The notes beneath the pieces are model-generated. The model saw only the letters and a program-made list of their open reading frames with translations, was not told where the DNA came from and did not search any database. Positions 1 through 11,349 of a stretch of DNA of 64,000 bases are shown here, in pieces. The stretch is from assembly GCA_034112285.1 (NCBI GenBank), contig JAWUVP010000016.1, forward strand, positions 14,403 to 78,402. The letters run 5' to 3'. The stretch is from Gammaproteobacteria bacterium (GTDB lineage Bacteria; Pseudomonadota; Gammaproteobacteria; JABDGN01). Numbering within the stretch: the stretch's first letter is position 1; the number at the start of each line of letters is the position of its first letter. Made by a program: the position numbers and the translations under genes.

Positions 1-2
1 CT

Positions 3-546
3 ATCCTTCCCAATATATCTGCCATTTTAATAACAATAACCAATGGTTTTGTTTTATCTTATAGCTTAGATAAAGGAAAAACCATTTTAAAACATCAAGG
101 CTATGGATTCCCACTATCTGATGATGCCGGAAATATTTGGATCGGATGCCAAGCCTTAAGGCATACAATAAACGTTCAAGAAGGTGTTGATAAAAGAACC
201 TTATTATCTGACAAGCTTCTTGCTCACTATAAGTCCGATCTTAATTTAATAACAACTCATGTTTATGATGATTATATAAATGCTTACAGCCAAGCGGCTG
301 TCATTGTTAAAGAGCTCGCTACTAAGGCTGGAAAATCCTCTGAAATTATTGCACAGAGTTTTAAAAATATTTATAAACATGTCAAAAAAATTGATGAACT
401 GTCAAAACTTGAGTTACCTATCTATTTATCTGGTGATTTAGCGTATCTATATGAACAGTACATTCCAGAAGGGCGTTTTAAAAAAATGGATCACGATGAG
501 ATGCTCAAAAAGCAATTTTCTTATGCAAGCTCGACGCTTAGATAAT
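3..546 (+). CDS. C-terminal fragment (~181 aa) of a hypothetical protein entering from the left edge
   Basis: Frame 3 is open from the window edge to TAA at 544-546. Codon usage is AT-rich and coding-like. No recognisable motif, and no start inside the window. Confidence 0.4.
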
Positions 547-792
547 AAGGTGTATATTCCTCCCAAAGTGCTCACCTGATCTATTTACACTTGTAAAAAA
601 GTTCGGGTGAAAATCGACTATCACGTTCATGTAGAGCACGATTATTACAGCATCCCGTATCGTTATTGTAAAAGCGAAATTGATTGTTGCGTCACCATCA
701 CGTTGCTAGAGTGCTATTACAAATACAGACAGTAGCTTCTTCTGAATAATATTGTATAATCGTTTAAAATTGTAAATCAAAGGAGTGTCCGT

Positions 793-1518
793 GTGAAAAA
801 ATATTTAGCGTCTCTGTTTTTAGTTATTTTAAGCTCAAGCGCAGTGGCTAGTACTTGGGGCTATACTCTCACCAATGGCCCAATGCACTGGGCTAAAAAA
901 TTCCCACTTTGCGCTAAGGGGTATGAGCAAACACCAATTAATATATCCCCTAGCGAGGTGATTACCAAGCAAGACTTGCCCGCAATTAAAACACATTTTA
1001 TTCCAACTGCCATGCGTGTTACAAATAATGGTCATACAATAAAAATTGTTCCCCTCACCACAAACACCTTAACCATTGGTAACAAAACCTACCGTGTCTT
1101 GCAATTTCATTTTCACCATTTCTCTGAAACCACTATTAACCACAAGCACTATCCTATGGAAGCGCACATCGTGACCCAAAGCAAAGAGGGTGAATTTGCT
1201 GTGATTGGTATATTTTTCAAATCAGGTCAGGCCAATCCTTTTCTTGCCAAGATCTGGAAGAAAATGCCTAAGCGCTCGGGTAAGAGCATCACACTTAAGC
1301 AAAAAATAAATCTTACTAACTTATTACCCCAAAAATTATCGTATTACCATTTCAAAGGATCGTTAACAACGCCACCCTGCACTGAAGGCATACAGTGGTA
1401 TGTATTAACGACCCCAGCCCATGCTTCTTACGCACAAATTAATACTTTTAGCGCCATTTACCCCAACAATTACCGGCCGGTGCAGCCTTTGTTAAAAAGG
1501 ATTATTGAGAAAAGTTAA
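793..1518 (+). CDS. alpha-class carbonic anhydrase, periplasmic (signal peptide)
   Basis: GTG start 7 nt after an AAGGAG SD. N-terminal signal peptide. Alpha-CA signatures QFHFHxxSE..HxxH and SLTTPPC. An extended -10 TGTATAAT lies at 753-760. Confidence 0.85.
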   Translation: MKKYLASLFLVILSSSAVASTWGYTLTNGPMHWAKKFPLCAKGYEQTPINISPSEVITKQDLPAIKTHFIPTAMRVTNNGHTIKIVPLTTNTLTIGNKTYRVLQFHFHHFSETTINHKHYPMEAHIVTQSKEGEFAVIGIFFKSGQANPFLAKIWKKMPKRSGKSITLKQKINLTNLLPQKLSYYHFKGSLTTPPCTEGIQWYVLTTPAHASYAQINTFSAIYPNNYRPVQPLLKRIIEKS

Positions 1519-1738
1519 TTAATAAGTCTTGAGGCTATGCAATAAATGTCCACGCTTCAAGACGCGCTATATAAGTCGATGCAATCTTCATCGCGCCCAG
1601 AAATTTTATTGGGCGCGAAAGTAAGAAAGCCCCAGGTCAGCTCGGATAATTTCACACTTGTTAATGAGAGAAAATGCTTATTATTAATATGCTTGTAATT
1701 TATATAGACTTGAAGTGACTAAACTTTAAATTTCTAAA

Positions 1739-3898
1739 TCAACCATTAAGCCGCACCGCAAGATTAGTCAACCGCTGCTGGCTTTCGCTGCGCTGCACCG
1801 CCATTGCCACCGCCTTTTTTTGAGCAATAAGAATCACTAATTTTTTGCCGCGTGTTACGCCGGTGTAAAGTAAGTTGCGTGCCAATAAAGTGTAATGCTG
1901 GGTTGATAGCGGCATCACCACTATTGGGTATTCGCTGCCTTGGCTTTTGTGAATGCTGGTTGCGTACGCTAAACTGAGCTCGTCTAGTTCGTTGAAGCTG
2001 TATGCAATATTGCGCTGTTCGTAATTCACCCACAACACGCTGCTGGGTTCATCTATCCGATCGATTACGCCGATGTCTCCATTAAACACTTCCTTGTCGT
2101 AATTGTTAATGGTTTGAATAACTTTATCACCGGTGGCGTAGGTTTGGCCAAAGCGTTCTATTTTTGGATGGGCGTTGCCATTTAATAGAGCTTGTAGGGC
2201 AACGTTTAACGCTTTTACGCCTAAGCCGCCGCGGTTCATGGGCGTTAAAACTTGAATGTCGCGAATGGGATCACAATCATAGCGTTTGGGAATGCGCTCG
2301 CTTATCAGCTCAACTAATTTATCATGAATCATTTCTGGCGTGTCGGCATATAAAGTAAAAAAATCACCATTAGGATCATTTTCCAGCGGCATGTTCCCGG
2401 CATTAATTTGGTGGGCATTAACAATTATTTTTGAGCTGTCTGCTTGACGAAATATTTCGGTTAAGTGCACGGTGATAATTGCGTTTGAATTAATTAAATC
2501 TGCCAGCACTTGGCCTGGGCCTACCGAGGGTAACTGATCGACATCGCCCACAAAAACAATCGCCGCGTGAGGTGGCACCGCAGAAAGTAAGCTTTTGGTG
2601 AGGTTGATGTCTAGCATTGAAGCTTCATCAATAATTAATACGTCGAGTTTTAAAGGGTTATCGGAATCGTGTTTAAAACCATTGGTAGCAGGGTCAAATT
2701 CTAATAAGCGGTGTATGGTGGTTGCATTTAAGCCAGTGGTTTCTTGTAAACGTTTAGCTGCTCGGCCGGTTGGTGCGCATAATTTCACACCCATACGTTT
2801 GCTTTGCAGCATTTTGATTAGGGTATTAACGATAGTGGTTTTACCCACGCCGGGGCCGCCGGTAATAATTGAAATTTTGTGTTTAACTACTGTGATGAGC
2901 GCGGCAGTTTGCGAGGCTGATAAGATTAAACCTGTTTTGCGCTCAATGTCTGGTAGTAAACTTTCTGCCTCTAGCTCGCCCCAGGGAATTGCTTCGGCTA
3001 ATAAATTCTTTAAATAACCTGCAACAGCTTGCTCGGCATAAAACAGCTGCGGCAAAAACAGACACGCTTGCTCATTAATGTCCTCAGCAATAAGCCGGCT
3101 GTGGCTCACTTCATGCGTGATGGCTTCTTCAATTAAGGGAGCAGAAATTTGCAAAAGGCCTGTTGCCTGCTTAACCAATTCTGTGTGCTGCACAGCGCAG
3201 TGGCCGTGCTGGGTTAAGCCTTGAAGCACGTGTCGCACACCGGCTTGGGCGCGAACCGGGGCATCTTTTGCAATGCCCAACTCTTCGGCTAAGGCGTCAA
3301 CGGTTTTAAAACCAATGCCGTTAACCTCTAAAGCTAGGCGATAAGGATCGGCGTTCACAATCTTAATCGCATCGGTGCCATAAGTTTTAAAAATGCGCAC
3401 CGCGCGGTTTGCGCCAATGCCATGCGATTGCAAAAACACCATGATATCGCGAATAGATTTTTGCTCATCCCAAGCTTGCGTGACTTGCTCAATACGTTTT
3501 GCGCCGAAGCCTTCAACTTCATTTAGCCGTTCGGGATTGTGTTCAATAATATCAAACACATCTGAACCAAATTTTTTGATTAAACGCTTTGCGTAGCGTG
3601 CACCAATGCCTTTTATCATTCCTGAGGCTAAATACTTATGCATGCCATCTAAGTTTTGCGGCAGCACCACATTTATTTGTTCAGCTTTAAACTGCAAGCC
3701 ATAGGTTTTATTGGTGATCCAATCTCCTAGGCAATCAATGCTTTCGCCTACATTAATTTCTGCAAGGCTAGCCACTACTGTCACGGTATCGCGTTCACCG
3801 GGTACATTGACGCGCAAAATACAAAACCCATTTTCTGCATTGTGGAAAGTGATTCGCTCAACAATTCCACTTAAACTGAGTTGCTCGGTGTCGCTCAA
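1739..3898 (-). CDS. recD2: RecD2-like SF1 DNA helicase (RecD/TraA family) with N-terminal HhH region
   Basis: 719 aa. Walker A GGPGVGKTT, Walker B LIIDEASM, and a C-terminal SH3-like/helicase C region typical of the RecD2 family. Confidence 0.85.
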   Translation of the reverse strand: MSDTEQLSLSGIVERITFHNAENGFCILRVNVPGERDTVTVVASLAEINVGESIDCLGDWITNKTYGLQFKAEQINVVLPQNLDGMHKYLASGMIKGIGARYAKRLIKKFGSDVFDIIEHNPERLNEVEGFGAKRIEQVTQAWDEQKSIRDIMVFLQSHGIGANRAVRIFKTYGTDAIKIVNADPYRLALEVNGIGFKTVDALAEELGIAKDAPVRAQAGVRHVLQGLTQHGHCAVQHTELVKQATGLLQISAPLIEEAITHEVSHSRLIAEDINEQACLFLPQLFYAEQAVAGYLKNLLAEAIPWGELEAESLLPDIERKTGLILSASQTAALITVVKHKISIITGGPGVGKTTIVNTLIKMLQSKRMGVKLCAPTGRAAKRLQETTGLNATTIHRLLEFDPATNGFKHDSDNPLKLDVLIIDEASMLDINLTKSLLSAVPPHAAIVFVGDVDQLPSVGPGQVLADLINSNAIITVHLTEIFRQADSSKIIVNAHQINAGNMPLENDPNGDFFTLYADTPEMIHDKLVELISERIPKRYDCDPIRDIQVLTPMNRGGLGVKALNVALQALLNGNAHPKIERFGQTYATGDKVIQTINNYDKEVFNGDIGVIDRIDEPSSVLWVNYEQRNIAYSFNELDELSLAYATSIHKSQGSEYPIVVMPLSTQHYTLLARNLLYTGVTRGKKLVILIAQKKAVAMAVQRSESQQRLTNLAVRLNG

Positions 3899-3899
3899 A

Positions 3900-6179
3900 T
3901 TATTTCAACGCGTTTTGTAAAAGGTCTGCAAAGCCCCCTTTAACTGAGGGTTTAGCCTTAGGTGGTGTGCTTTGTGTGTTTTTTGCCGCTCTTGGTTTAT
4001 CGGTAGATTTTGCTTTGGCCACCGACTCACCCATTTTCATGGTCAGCTGAATTCGCTTGCGGGCCAAATCGACTTCTAAAATTTTCACATTTACAATTTG
4101 TCCTACTTTGACAACCTTGCTGGGGTCATCCACAAATTTGTCGGCCAATTGTGAAACATGCACTAAGCCATCTTGGTGGACGCCAATATCTACAAACGCA
4201 CCGAAGTTGGTCACATTGGTGACCACGCCTTCTAAACGCATATTTGGTTTTAAATCACCTAACGTTTCAACGCCTTCTTTGAAGGTCGCGGTTTTAAATT
4301 CTGGGCGTGGATCGCGGCCTGGTTTTTTTAGTTCAGCAAAAATATCCTTAATGGTAACTTCACCAAAAGCATCGGTCACAAAATCTTTAGCCGCTAAGCC
4401 GCTGAGCGCTTGGCTATTACCCATTAAGTCTTTAATACTACTGCCTGCCGCTTTTAATATTTTATCAACCACGCAATAGGTTTCCGGATGCACTGCCGAA
4501 GCATCGAGTGGATTGTCGCCATCAATAATGCGTAAAAATCCGATAGACTGCTCAAAGGTTTTATCACCTAGGCGCGGAACTTTTTTAATGCTTTCCCGGC
4601 TGGCAAAGCGGCCATTGGTTTCGCGGTATTGAATAATGTTGTTTGCAACCGTTTCATTTAAACCGGCAATGCTTTTTAGCAATGGAACTGAGGCCGTATT
4701 CACATCAGCGCCAACCGCATTAACGCAATCTTCTAGCACGGCTTCTAAGCTGTAACCCAGCTTGACTTGATTAACGTCATGTTGGTACTGCCCTACTCCA
4801 ATAGCTTTAGGATCAATTTTCACTAATTCTGCCAGCGGATCTTGTAAGCGCCGCGCAATAGAGACTGCACCACGGTAAGAAACATCTAAATCGGGAAATT
4901 CTTTGGCAGCAAGCTCTGATGCGGAATAAACCGAGGCGCCAGCTTCCGATACAACAATTGAAGTCAGCTTAGCTTCTGGATATTTTTTAATTAACTCACT
5001 GGCTAATTTTTCGGTTTCACGAGATGCGGTGCCATTACCAATGCTGATTAAGTTAACCTTATGCTGTTGGCAAAGCGTTGCTAAGGTTAGCAACGCTTTG
5101 TCCCATGCCTGTTGCGGCTGATGCGGGTAAATAATAGTATGCGCTAACAACTTGCCGGTATCATCAACCACCACTGTTTTAACGCCACTGCGAAACCCAG
5201 GATCTAAACCCAAGGTGACTTTTTTACCTGCAGGGGCTGCCATTAATAAGTTTTTCATATTATCTTTAAAAACGTCAATCGCAGCAATTTCAGCGGCTTC
5301 ACGCAGGCGCATTAATAACTCGACATCAATTTTTAATTTTAATTTTATTTTCCACGTCCACTCTACTGTTTGCCATAACCAGGCATCGGCGGCGCGACTT
5401 TGTTGCTCCACATTAAACTGTTGGGCAATTGAGTTAATGCAGTGTGTTTCATGCGTGTCATCGCTAAAATTAATATTTGCGCGTAAGAAGCTTTCTTTTT
5501 GGCCGCGAAAAATAGCCAAGGCACGATGTGAAGGTACTTTATTTAAAGCTTCGTGATAGTCAAAATAATCTTTGAATTTTTTGCCTGGCTCTTCTTGGTC
5601 TTTAGCCACTTTGCTGCATAGCTCGGCGTGCTGCCAAACATGCTCACGCAATATGTTGATTAAATCGGCCTCTTCGGCAAAGCGCTCCATTAAAATTTGG
5701 CGGGCGCCGTCTAAAGCTTGGCTAGCCTCTTCAATTTTAAATTCGCTATTGAGATATTGCTCGGCTAGCGTTTCTGGAATTTGCGTGGGGTCTGCTAATA
5801 AACTATTGGCCAATGGCTCCAAGCCTGCTTCGCGGGCAATTTGAGCTTTGGTGCGACGTTTTTGCTTGTACGGTAGATATAAATCTTCCAAACGCGCCTT
5901 GGTGTCGGCGGCTTTAATTTGTTGCTCTAATTCAGGTGATAACTTATCTTGCTCTTTAATGGATTGCAAAATCGTATCGCGACGTTCATTTAATTCACGC
6001 AAATAACCTAAGCGCTCCTCTAACTGGCGTAACTGTGTATCATCTAAACCGCCGGTGGCTTCTTTACGATAACGAGCAATAAAGGGCACCGTGTCGCCAC
6101 CATCAAGCATGGCAACGGTGGCATCAACCTGCTCTTGTTTAACGTTGAGTTCGGTGGCGATAATCTGATTGGGTGTCAT
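3900..6179 (-). CDS. tex: transcription accessory protein Tex (YqgF/RuvC-like, HhH and C-terminal S1 domains)
   Basis: 759 aa. Collinear with Tex: N-terminal helical region, YqgF-like middle, and an S1 domain near the C-terminus ([16 protein letters not shown]). Confidence 0.9.
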   Translation of the reverse strand: MTPNQIIATELNVKQEQVDATVAMLDGGDTVPFIARYRKEATGGLDDTQLRQLEERLGYLRELNERRDTILQSIKEQDKLSPELEQQIKAADTKARLEDLYLPYKQKRRTKAQIAREAGLEPLANSLLADPTQIPETLAEQYLNSEFKIEEASQALDGARQILMERFAEEADLINILREHVWQHAELCSKVAKDQEEPGKKFKDYFDYHEALNKVPSHRALAIFRGQKESFLRANINFSDDTHETHCINSIAQQFNVEQQSRAADAWLWQTVEWTWKIKLKLKIDVELLMRLREAAEIAAIDVFKDNMKNLLMAAPAGKKVTLGLDPGFRSGVKTVVVDDTGKLLAHTIIYPHQPQQAWDKALLTLATLCQQHKVNLISIGNGTASRETEKLASELIKKYPEAKLTSIVVSEAGASVYSASELAAKEFPDLDVSYRGAVSIARRLQDPLAELVKIDPKAIGVGQYQHDVNQVKLGYSLEAVLEDCVNAVGADVNTASVPLLKSIAGLNETVANNIIQYRETNGRFASRESIKKVPRLGDKTFEQSIGFLRIIDGDNPLDASAVHPETYCVVDKILKAAGSSIKDLMGNSQALSGLAAKDFVTDAFGEVTIKDIFAELKKPGRDPRPEFKTATFKEGVETLGDLKPNMRLEGVVTNVTNFGAFVDIGVHQDGLVHVSQLADKFVDDPSKVVKVGQIVNVKILEVDLARKRIQLTMKMGESVAKAKSTDKPRAAKNTQSTPPKAKPSVKGGFADLLQNALK

Positions 6180-6280
6180 GTATAAAATCCTGAAGTTATA
6201 ATCCTGTGGCGCAAATTATAGCATCTTCTTAGCCCACTCTGTAAGCCTCAACAGCCTAAAATTGTGATTGAACTTCAGGC

Positions 6281-7984
6281 CTAGCTGGGGTATAAATCGG
6301 GCAAATCTTTTGCTGCGGCGGATGTTGGCTGTTGCTGTAGATAGGCTTGCAATAAGTTCCAAAGCTGTGTGCCATTATCATAGTCAGCTTGTGTGTAGAG
6401 GGATTTTTCTAAGGCCGTTAACGCCTTTGTTAACGCAGGATTTGCTAACAATTCAGACAGCTCCCCTAAGCTTAAGAGGCTGTTGTTGTCCCATTTTTCT
6501 TTCGCCCAAATGAGCAACGCGGCTTGAATGGCTGCAGAGTCGTTCGCTTGACAGGCTTGGTGAATTTTCTTTAATAGTACTTTTGTGGAACTCTGGAAAG
6601 GCATAATGATTTCTTTGGTATCAACAGTGCGTGCTGGGCGACGCTTTAGATAGCCTATAAGCAATGTCAACAACCAAAGCAAAGCAAACAATGCCGTTAG
6701 GACTTTCCACAGCACATTGCCCTGGCTGCTTGAGGTCATTGCAGCCATATTGCCGGTAGAATGATTGGCAGCAATAGCGCTTGTTGTTGTCGGCATGCCT
6801 AAGCTGGGCAAAACTTTGCCTGCTTTTGCCAAAAATTGCTGTGCGGCGATTTGAGCCACTTCAGGTTTATCGGTAAGGCTATTCCACCATGGCACGCTAA
6901 TCTTGGAAAATTTCACCTGCCCAATTTGAGTGGGAATATAGGCTATTTTGTAGGTTTTTGTGGCAACCAGCTGTCCATTTTCTAATGATTCACTGGTAGT
7001 GGGCTGATCGGGATACGCATTCAAGTTGCTGGGCGTGTTGAACGTTAAATCAGGTAAATTATCGGCTGTAATGCCAACAGCGGTTAAGGTAATCGTGCGC
7101 GTGATGGGCTGCCCAGTCGTTAAGGCGGTGGCTTGAGGTGACCATTGGCTGGTTAAGGTCACTTTGCTGGCAGGTAGCCAAGCATCTGGATTCACGCCAG
7201 CAGGAATGGGTTTTACATTAATATTAATAGGGTTAGACAGCATGCGAATGGTTTTGGAGCTGGGAAAAGAAAAAAAGCTATTGTTGTTGCCACTAACGAC
7301 TTGACCTTGGAAGCCCATGCTAGGAATGATGGCTTTACCCGCTTGCTTGGGAGTCAGCATATATTGCTGCTCAATAACCTGATATTTTTTGCCCTCAATT
7401 TGAGCTGAATAATTTTGCTGCTGGCCGTAGGGGCGCAAATCAAAATTTTTGGGCTTAGCGGGGATAAGGCTGCCCGATTGAATTTCTTCCGCAAAATAGA
7501 GTTTCAAATGGTAAATGATTGGGCTGTTTATGTAGACGTTTTTATTGGTTACGCTTGCACGCATAAAGATATTGCCATGCTCGCCACCTGCGCTTGTAGC
7601 CGTTGTTTTTGCTATGTTAATAGTAATCGGCTGGGTGTGTTCGCTGCCTACGGTTAAAGCAGGAATGGTCACCGTGCCGGCATGTTTTGGCATCAGCGTG
7701 GTGACGGTTTGATAATTAGAGCTCATTTTACCGTTGTAAATAGTGGTGGAGCTGCTGGTGCTGGTGCCAAAAACCTCAAAGTCTTGATTAAGTGCTTGCA
7801 AATTAACCTGGGTATCGCTGCTGGGTTTGGTGATAGTGAGAGTTAGGCTTTCACCCACGCTCAACTGCGTGCGATCCACACTGGCACTGACGCCAGCAAA
7901 AACGGTTTGCGCACAGATTAACAGTAATGCACTTAAGAGTAGACACTGTAATTTGTGAGCTGAATGGTGGATAAAAGTAACCAT
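6281..7984 (-). CDS. batD: BatD-like oxygen-tolerance protein (signal peptide, C-terminal TM)
   Basis: 567 aa. N-terminal signal peptide and one TM segment near residue ~430. Last gene of the MoxR-DUF58-vWA-vWA-TPR-BatD operon. Confidence 0.6.
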   Translation of the reverse strand: MVTFIHHSAHKLQCLLLSALLLICAQTVFAGVSASVDRTQLSVGESLTLTITKPSSDTQVNLQALNQDFEVFGTSTSSSTTIYNGKMSSNYQTVTTLMPKHAGTVTIPALTVGSEHTQPITINIAKTTATSAGGEHGNIFMRASVTNKNVYINSPIIYHLKLYFAEEIQSGSLIPAKPKNFDLRPYGQQQNYSAQIEGKKYQVIEQQYMLTPKQAGKAIIPSMGFQGQVVSGNNNSFFSFPSSKTIRMLSNPININVKPIPAGVNPDAWLPASKVTLTSQWSPQATALTTGQPITRTITLTAVGITADNLPDLTFNTPSNLNAYPDQPTTSESLENGQLVATKTYKIAYIPTQIGQVKFSKISVPWWNSLTDKPEVAQIAAQQFLAKAGKVLPSLGMPTTTSAIAANHSTGNMAAMTSSSQGNVLWKVLTALFALLWLLTLLIGYLKRRPARTVDTKEIIMPFQSSTKVLLKKIHQACQANDSAAIQAALLIWAKEKWDNNSLLSLGELSELLANPALTKALTALEKSLYTQADYDNGTQLWNLLQAYLQQQPTSAAAKDLPDLYPS

Positions 7985-7985
7985 A

Positions 7986-8756
<771 letters not shown>

Positions 8757-8918
8757 TACGCATTCAACCTAAATAAAACATGTCATAGTGGACTGTAACA
8801 AACTTCCAAACTTTGACACAGTGTACTATGTCAAAAAACAGAAATTTGTTACAGTGCAATGTATCAAAATCTAAAAACAAACATTTTCTCTTTAATATCA
8901 ACTGGTTGCAGGCCATGA

Positions 8919-9917
8919 TCAAGCCACGTTTTCCCACCAACCTCGCCGAATCAAAGGTAAGAAAGCCAATATCGCCAGCCAAATAAACCAATGTCCATCA
9001 TCGCGCCAAACTGTTTTAGCTTGTTCGGTTTGTTTGAATTTATCGGTTAAGCGGGCTTTCACATTTTCACCCAGCAAACGACTGATGTCTTGATTGCTAT
9101 TAGTAAAAGGTACATATTGCCCCGCCCCAGTGTGGGCGAGATTTTCTAGGCCAGGCAAATCGAGTTTAGCAAATTCAATCGCGCCGCTAGCATTGGTGAT
9201 AAACCCACCACTCAGCTTTGGAATGGGGCCGCCACGCTCAGTGCCCACGCCCATGACGGTTAGGTGGTAAGCCTGCTTAGCGAGTTGCTGGGCGGCGTCT
9301 TCATCATTACTGGTCACGGGACTGCCGGTAATTAAAATAACCTGGCCGGTTTGCGCGCCGGCTTGTTGTAATAAGGTTTGTGCCGCTTGTAAGCCTGCAG
9401 CAATATTTTGCCCTTGCACGGGCACAGTGGTAGTGTTCAAACTGGGCACCATCGCCGCAATGGTGTTGCTATCGTCGGTTAACGGCGACACCACGAAAGC
9501 TTGGCTGGAAAAAACCACCATGCCGGTTTGGCCTTCTTGGGTGGCGCGCAATAAATCGAGGATTTTATATTTAGCCCGTGCAAGACGGTTCGGGGCCAAG
9601 TCGTTGGCGAGCATGGAGTTTGACAAGTCCAACACTATAACGCGCGCGTTCGCAGTGCGATAGACCGGGGTTGATAAGCGTTGCCAGCTTGGGCCAGCCA
9701 TGGCAATAATGCTGCTTAACAAGCAAAGACTAAACCAAAACCACCACCAGCGTACCCTCTGTGTGCCGGTGTTTTGCAGCACGTGAGGTTGCAGGTGTGG
9801 GTCACAATATTTTTTCCATGCTGAGGCACTGTGTTGTTGACGCAGCAATAAGCCGGCGGTTGCGATTACGGGCAGTAACAGCCAAAACCAGTCTGGGCGT
9901 ATCCAATGCAACATCAT
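8919..9917 (-). CDS. batB: BatB, vWA-domain membrane protein
   Basis: vWA domain with MIDAS motif (DLSNSM...SSQ). The start was moved to the ATG at 9917, which forms an ATGA overlap with the batA stop. The ORF-track start at 9968 overlaps batA. Confidence 0.65.
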   Translation of the reverse strand: MMLHWIRPDWFWLLLPVIATAGLLLRQQHSASAWKKYCDPHLQPHVLQNTGTQRVRWWWFWFSLCLLSSIIAMAGPSWQRLSTPVYRTANARVIVLDLSNSMLANDLAPNRLARAKYKILDLLRATQEGQTGMVVFSSQAFVVSPLTDDSNTIAAMVPSLNTTTVPVQGQNIAAGLQAAQTLLQQAGAQTGQVILITGSPVTSNDEDAAQQLAKQAYHLTVMGVGTERGGPIPKLSGGFITNASGAIEFAKLDLPGLENLAHTGAGQYVPFTNSNQDISRLLGENVKARLTDKFKQTEQAKTVWRDDGHWFIWLAILAFLPLIRRGWWENVA

Positions 9918-10918
9918 GCGCGCCACCTTAGTGCTTGTTGGCTGAGTAAAGACACTAGCCATAAACACAACAGTAAACCGAGTGGGTAAGGATACAACGG
10001 CGTGACGGGCCGTAGGGTAACTTTGTCGGCGTTAACCGGCTCGAGTTGGTTTAGTTGTTGGTACACTTGTTTTAACGCCGCACCGTTTTCGGCACGGAAA
10101 AATTTGCCGCCGGTGATTTTTGCCATTTGTTTTAAGCCGTTAATATCTAAATCGCTGGAGGGGTGCACCACTTGTGGGCCGAACATGCCATTGACGACTA
10201 AGCGGTTGGCACCTAAACCAATGGTGTAAATTTTAATGCCGAGTTGCGCGGCTTTTTTTGCGGCGGTAATCGGATCGGCGATGCCGGCGTTGTTGCCGCC
10301 ATCGGTCATTAACACCAAGGCACGATTTTGTTTGGGGTATTTCATTAAGCGTTTAATGGCTAAACCCACTGCATCACCAATGGCGGTTTGCAGGCCGGCA
10401 ATACCAACCGTGGCATCGTTTAACATTTGTTGCACGGTTTTTAAATCAAACGTGAGTGGAGTTTGCAAATAGGCGTGAGTGCCAAATAATAATAACCCAA
10501 CACGATCTCCAGCACGCTGGGCAATGAATTCGTTCGCCACTTGTTTTACCACCGCAATCCGGCTTAGGTATTGGCCGTCAATTTTCATGTCTGGGGTTTG
10601 CATGGAGCCCGACAAATCAATCGCGATCATAATGTTGCGCGCACTGCGTGGCAACTCTACCGGCTGACCTAACCATTGCAAGCCACTGCCGGCGGTGAGT
10701 AGCAAGAGCCAAATAACAGTTAGCAAACCGGTAACGCGCCAACGCCGCTGCAATGAACCGCCGGTGCTGTTAAGGCTTTGCAGGGCTTGTTGCATTTGCT
10801 TGAAGAACGGTATTTGCAACGCGCTTTGCTGGGCGCTGGTTGCCTTGGGAATGAAGTGACGAATTAGCCAGGGCAACGGTAATAAAATAAAAATCCATGG
10901 GTAGGCCATGTGTATCAT
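9914..10918 (-). CDS. batA: BatA, vWA-domain membrane protein
   Basis: N-terminal TM segments and a vWA domain with MIDAS (DLSGSM...TDG). Bat operon context. Confidence 0.7.
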   Translation of the reverse strand: MIHMAYPWIFILLPLPWLIRHFIPKATSAQQSALQIPFFKQMQQALQSLNSTGGSLQRRWRVTGLLTVIWLLLLTAGSGLQWLGQPVELPRSARNIMIAIDLSGSMQTPDMKIDGQYLSRIAVVKQVANEFIAQRAGDRVGLLLFGTHAYLQTPLTFDLKTVQQMLNDATVGIAGLQTAIGDAVGLAIKRLMKYPKQNRALVLMTDGGNNAGIADPITAAKKAAQLGIKIYTIGLGANRLVVNGMFGPQVVHPSSDLDINGLKQMAKITGGKFFRAENGAALKQVYQQLNQLEPVNADKVTLRPVTPLYPYPLGLLLCLWLVSLLSQQALRWRA

Positions 10919-11349
10919 CGTTGTTGCTCCAGCCAGGTTTCTAGGCGCTTAAGCAGTGCGGATTCATCGTTAACATTTTTTTGATACGGTGCATCGAGCA
11001 AGCTTTTTTGTTCGGCGGTGCTAAGTTGAAATGTTTTCGCGGTGCGCATTAAAAAGTTTAGCCAGGCTTGACCTTGCAAGGCAGCAATATTTTCCTGCGG
11101 ATAGGTGTATGTGGCAACGCGTTTTAGCAACACCATTGCGCTAGCGAGCGTGGTTTGCTGATGATAGGTTTGTAAAATTCGTTGGTAAAAACGGCGACGC
11201 TGCTGTTTTTTATATAAGTACCTACCGGCAAAACCTATGCCACACAGCACCAGTGCTAAAACAAGATACCAGCCCGGCGCAAGCGGCCACCAACCAATAG
11301 GGACGGGTAGATGAATATCATGTAGTTGTTTTAATAAATTTGGCGCCAT
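10915..11349 (-). CDS. DUF4381-like small membrane protein of the bat/MoxR operon
   Basis: 144 aa with one TM helix. Sits between DUF58 and BatA, as in canonical bat operons. Start and stop overlap the neighbouring genes. Confidence 0.5.
   Translation of the reverse strand: MAPNLLKQLHDIHLPVPIGWWPLAPGWYLVLALVLCGIGFAGRYLYKKQQRRRFYQRILQTYHQQTTLASAMVLLKRVATYTYPQENIAALQGQAWLNFLMRTAKTFQLSTAEQKSLLDAPYQKNVNDESALLKRLETWLEQQR

Noticed and set aside
1591-1618. Stem-loop TCGCGCCCA-n10-TGGGCGCGA between the convergent carbonic anhydrase and recD2 genes as a terminator
   Set aside because: The 9-bp stem is perfect, but it lacks a U-run on either strand, so I did not list it as a terminator feature. It may still act as an RNA stability element.
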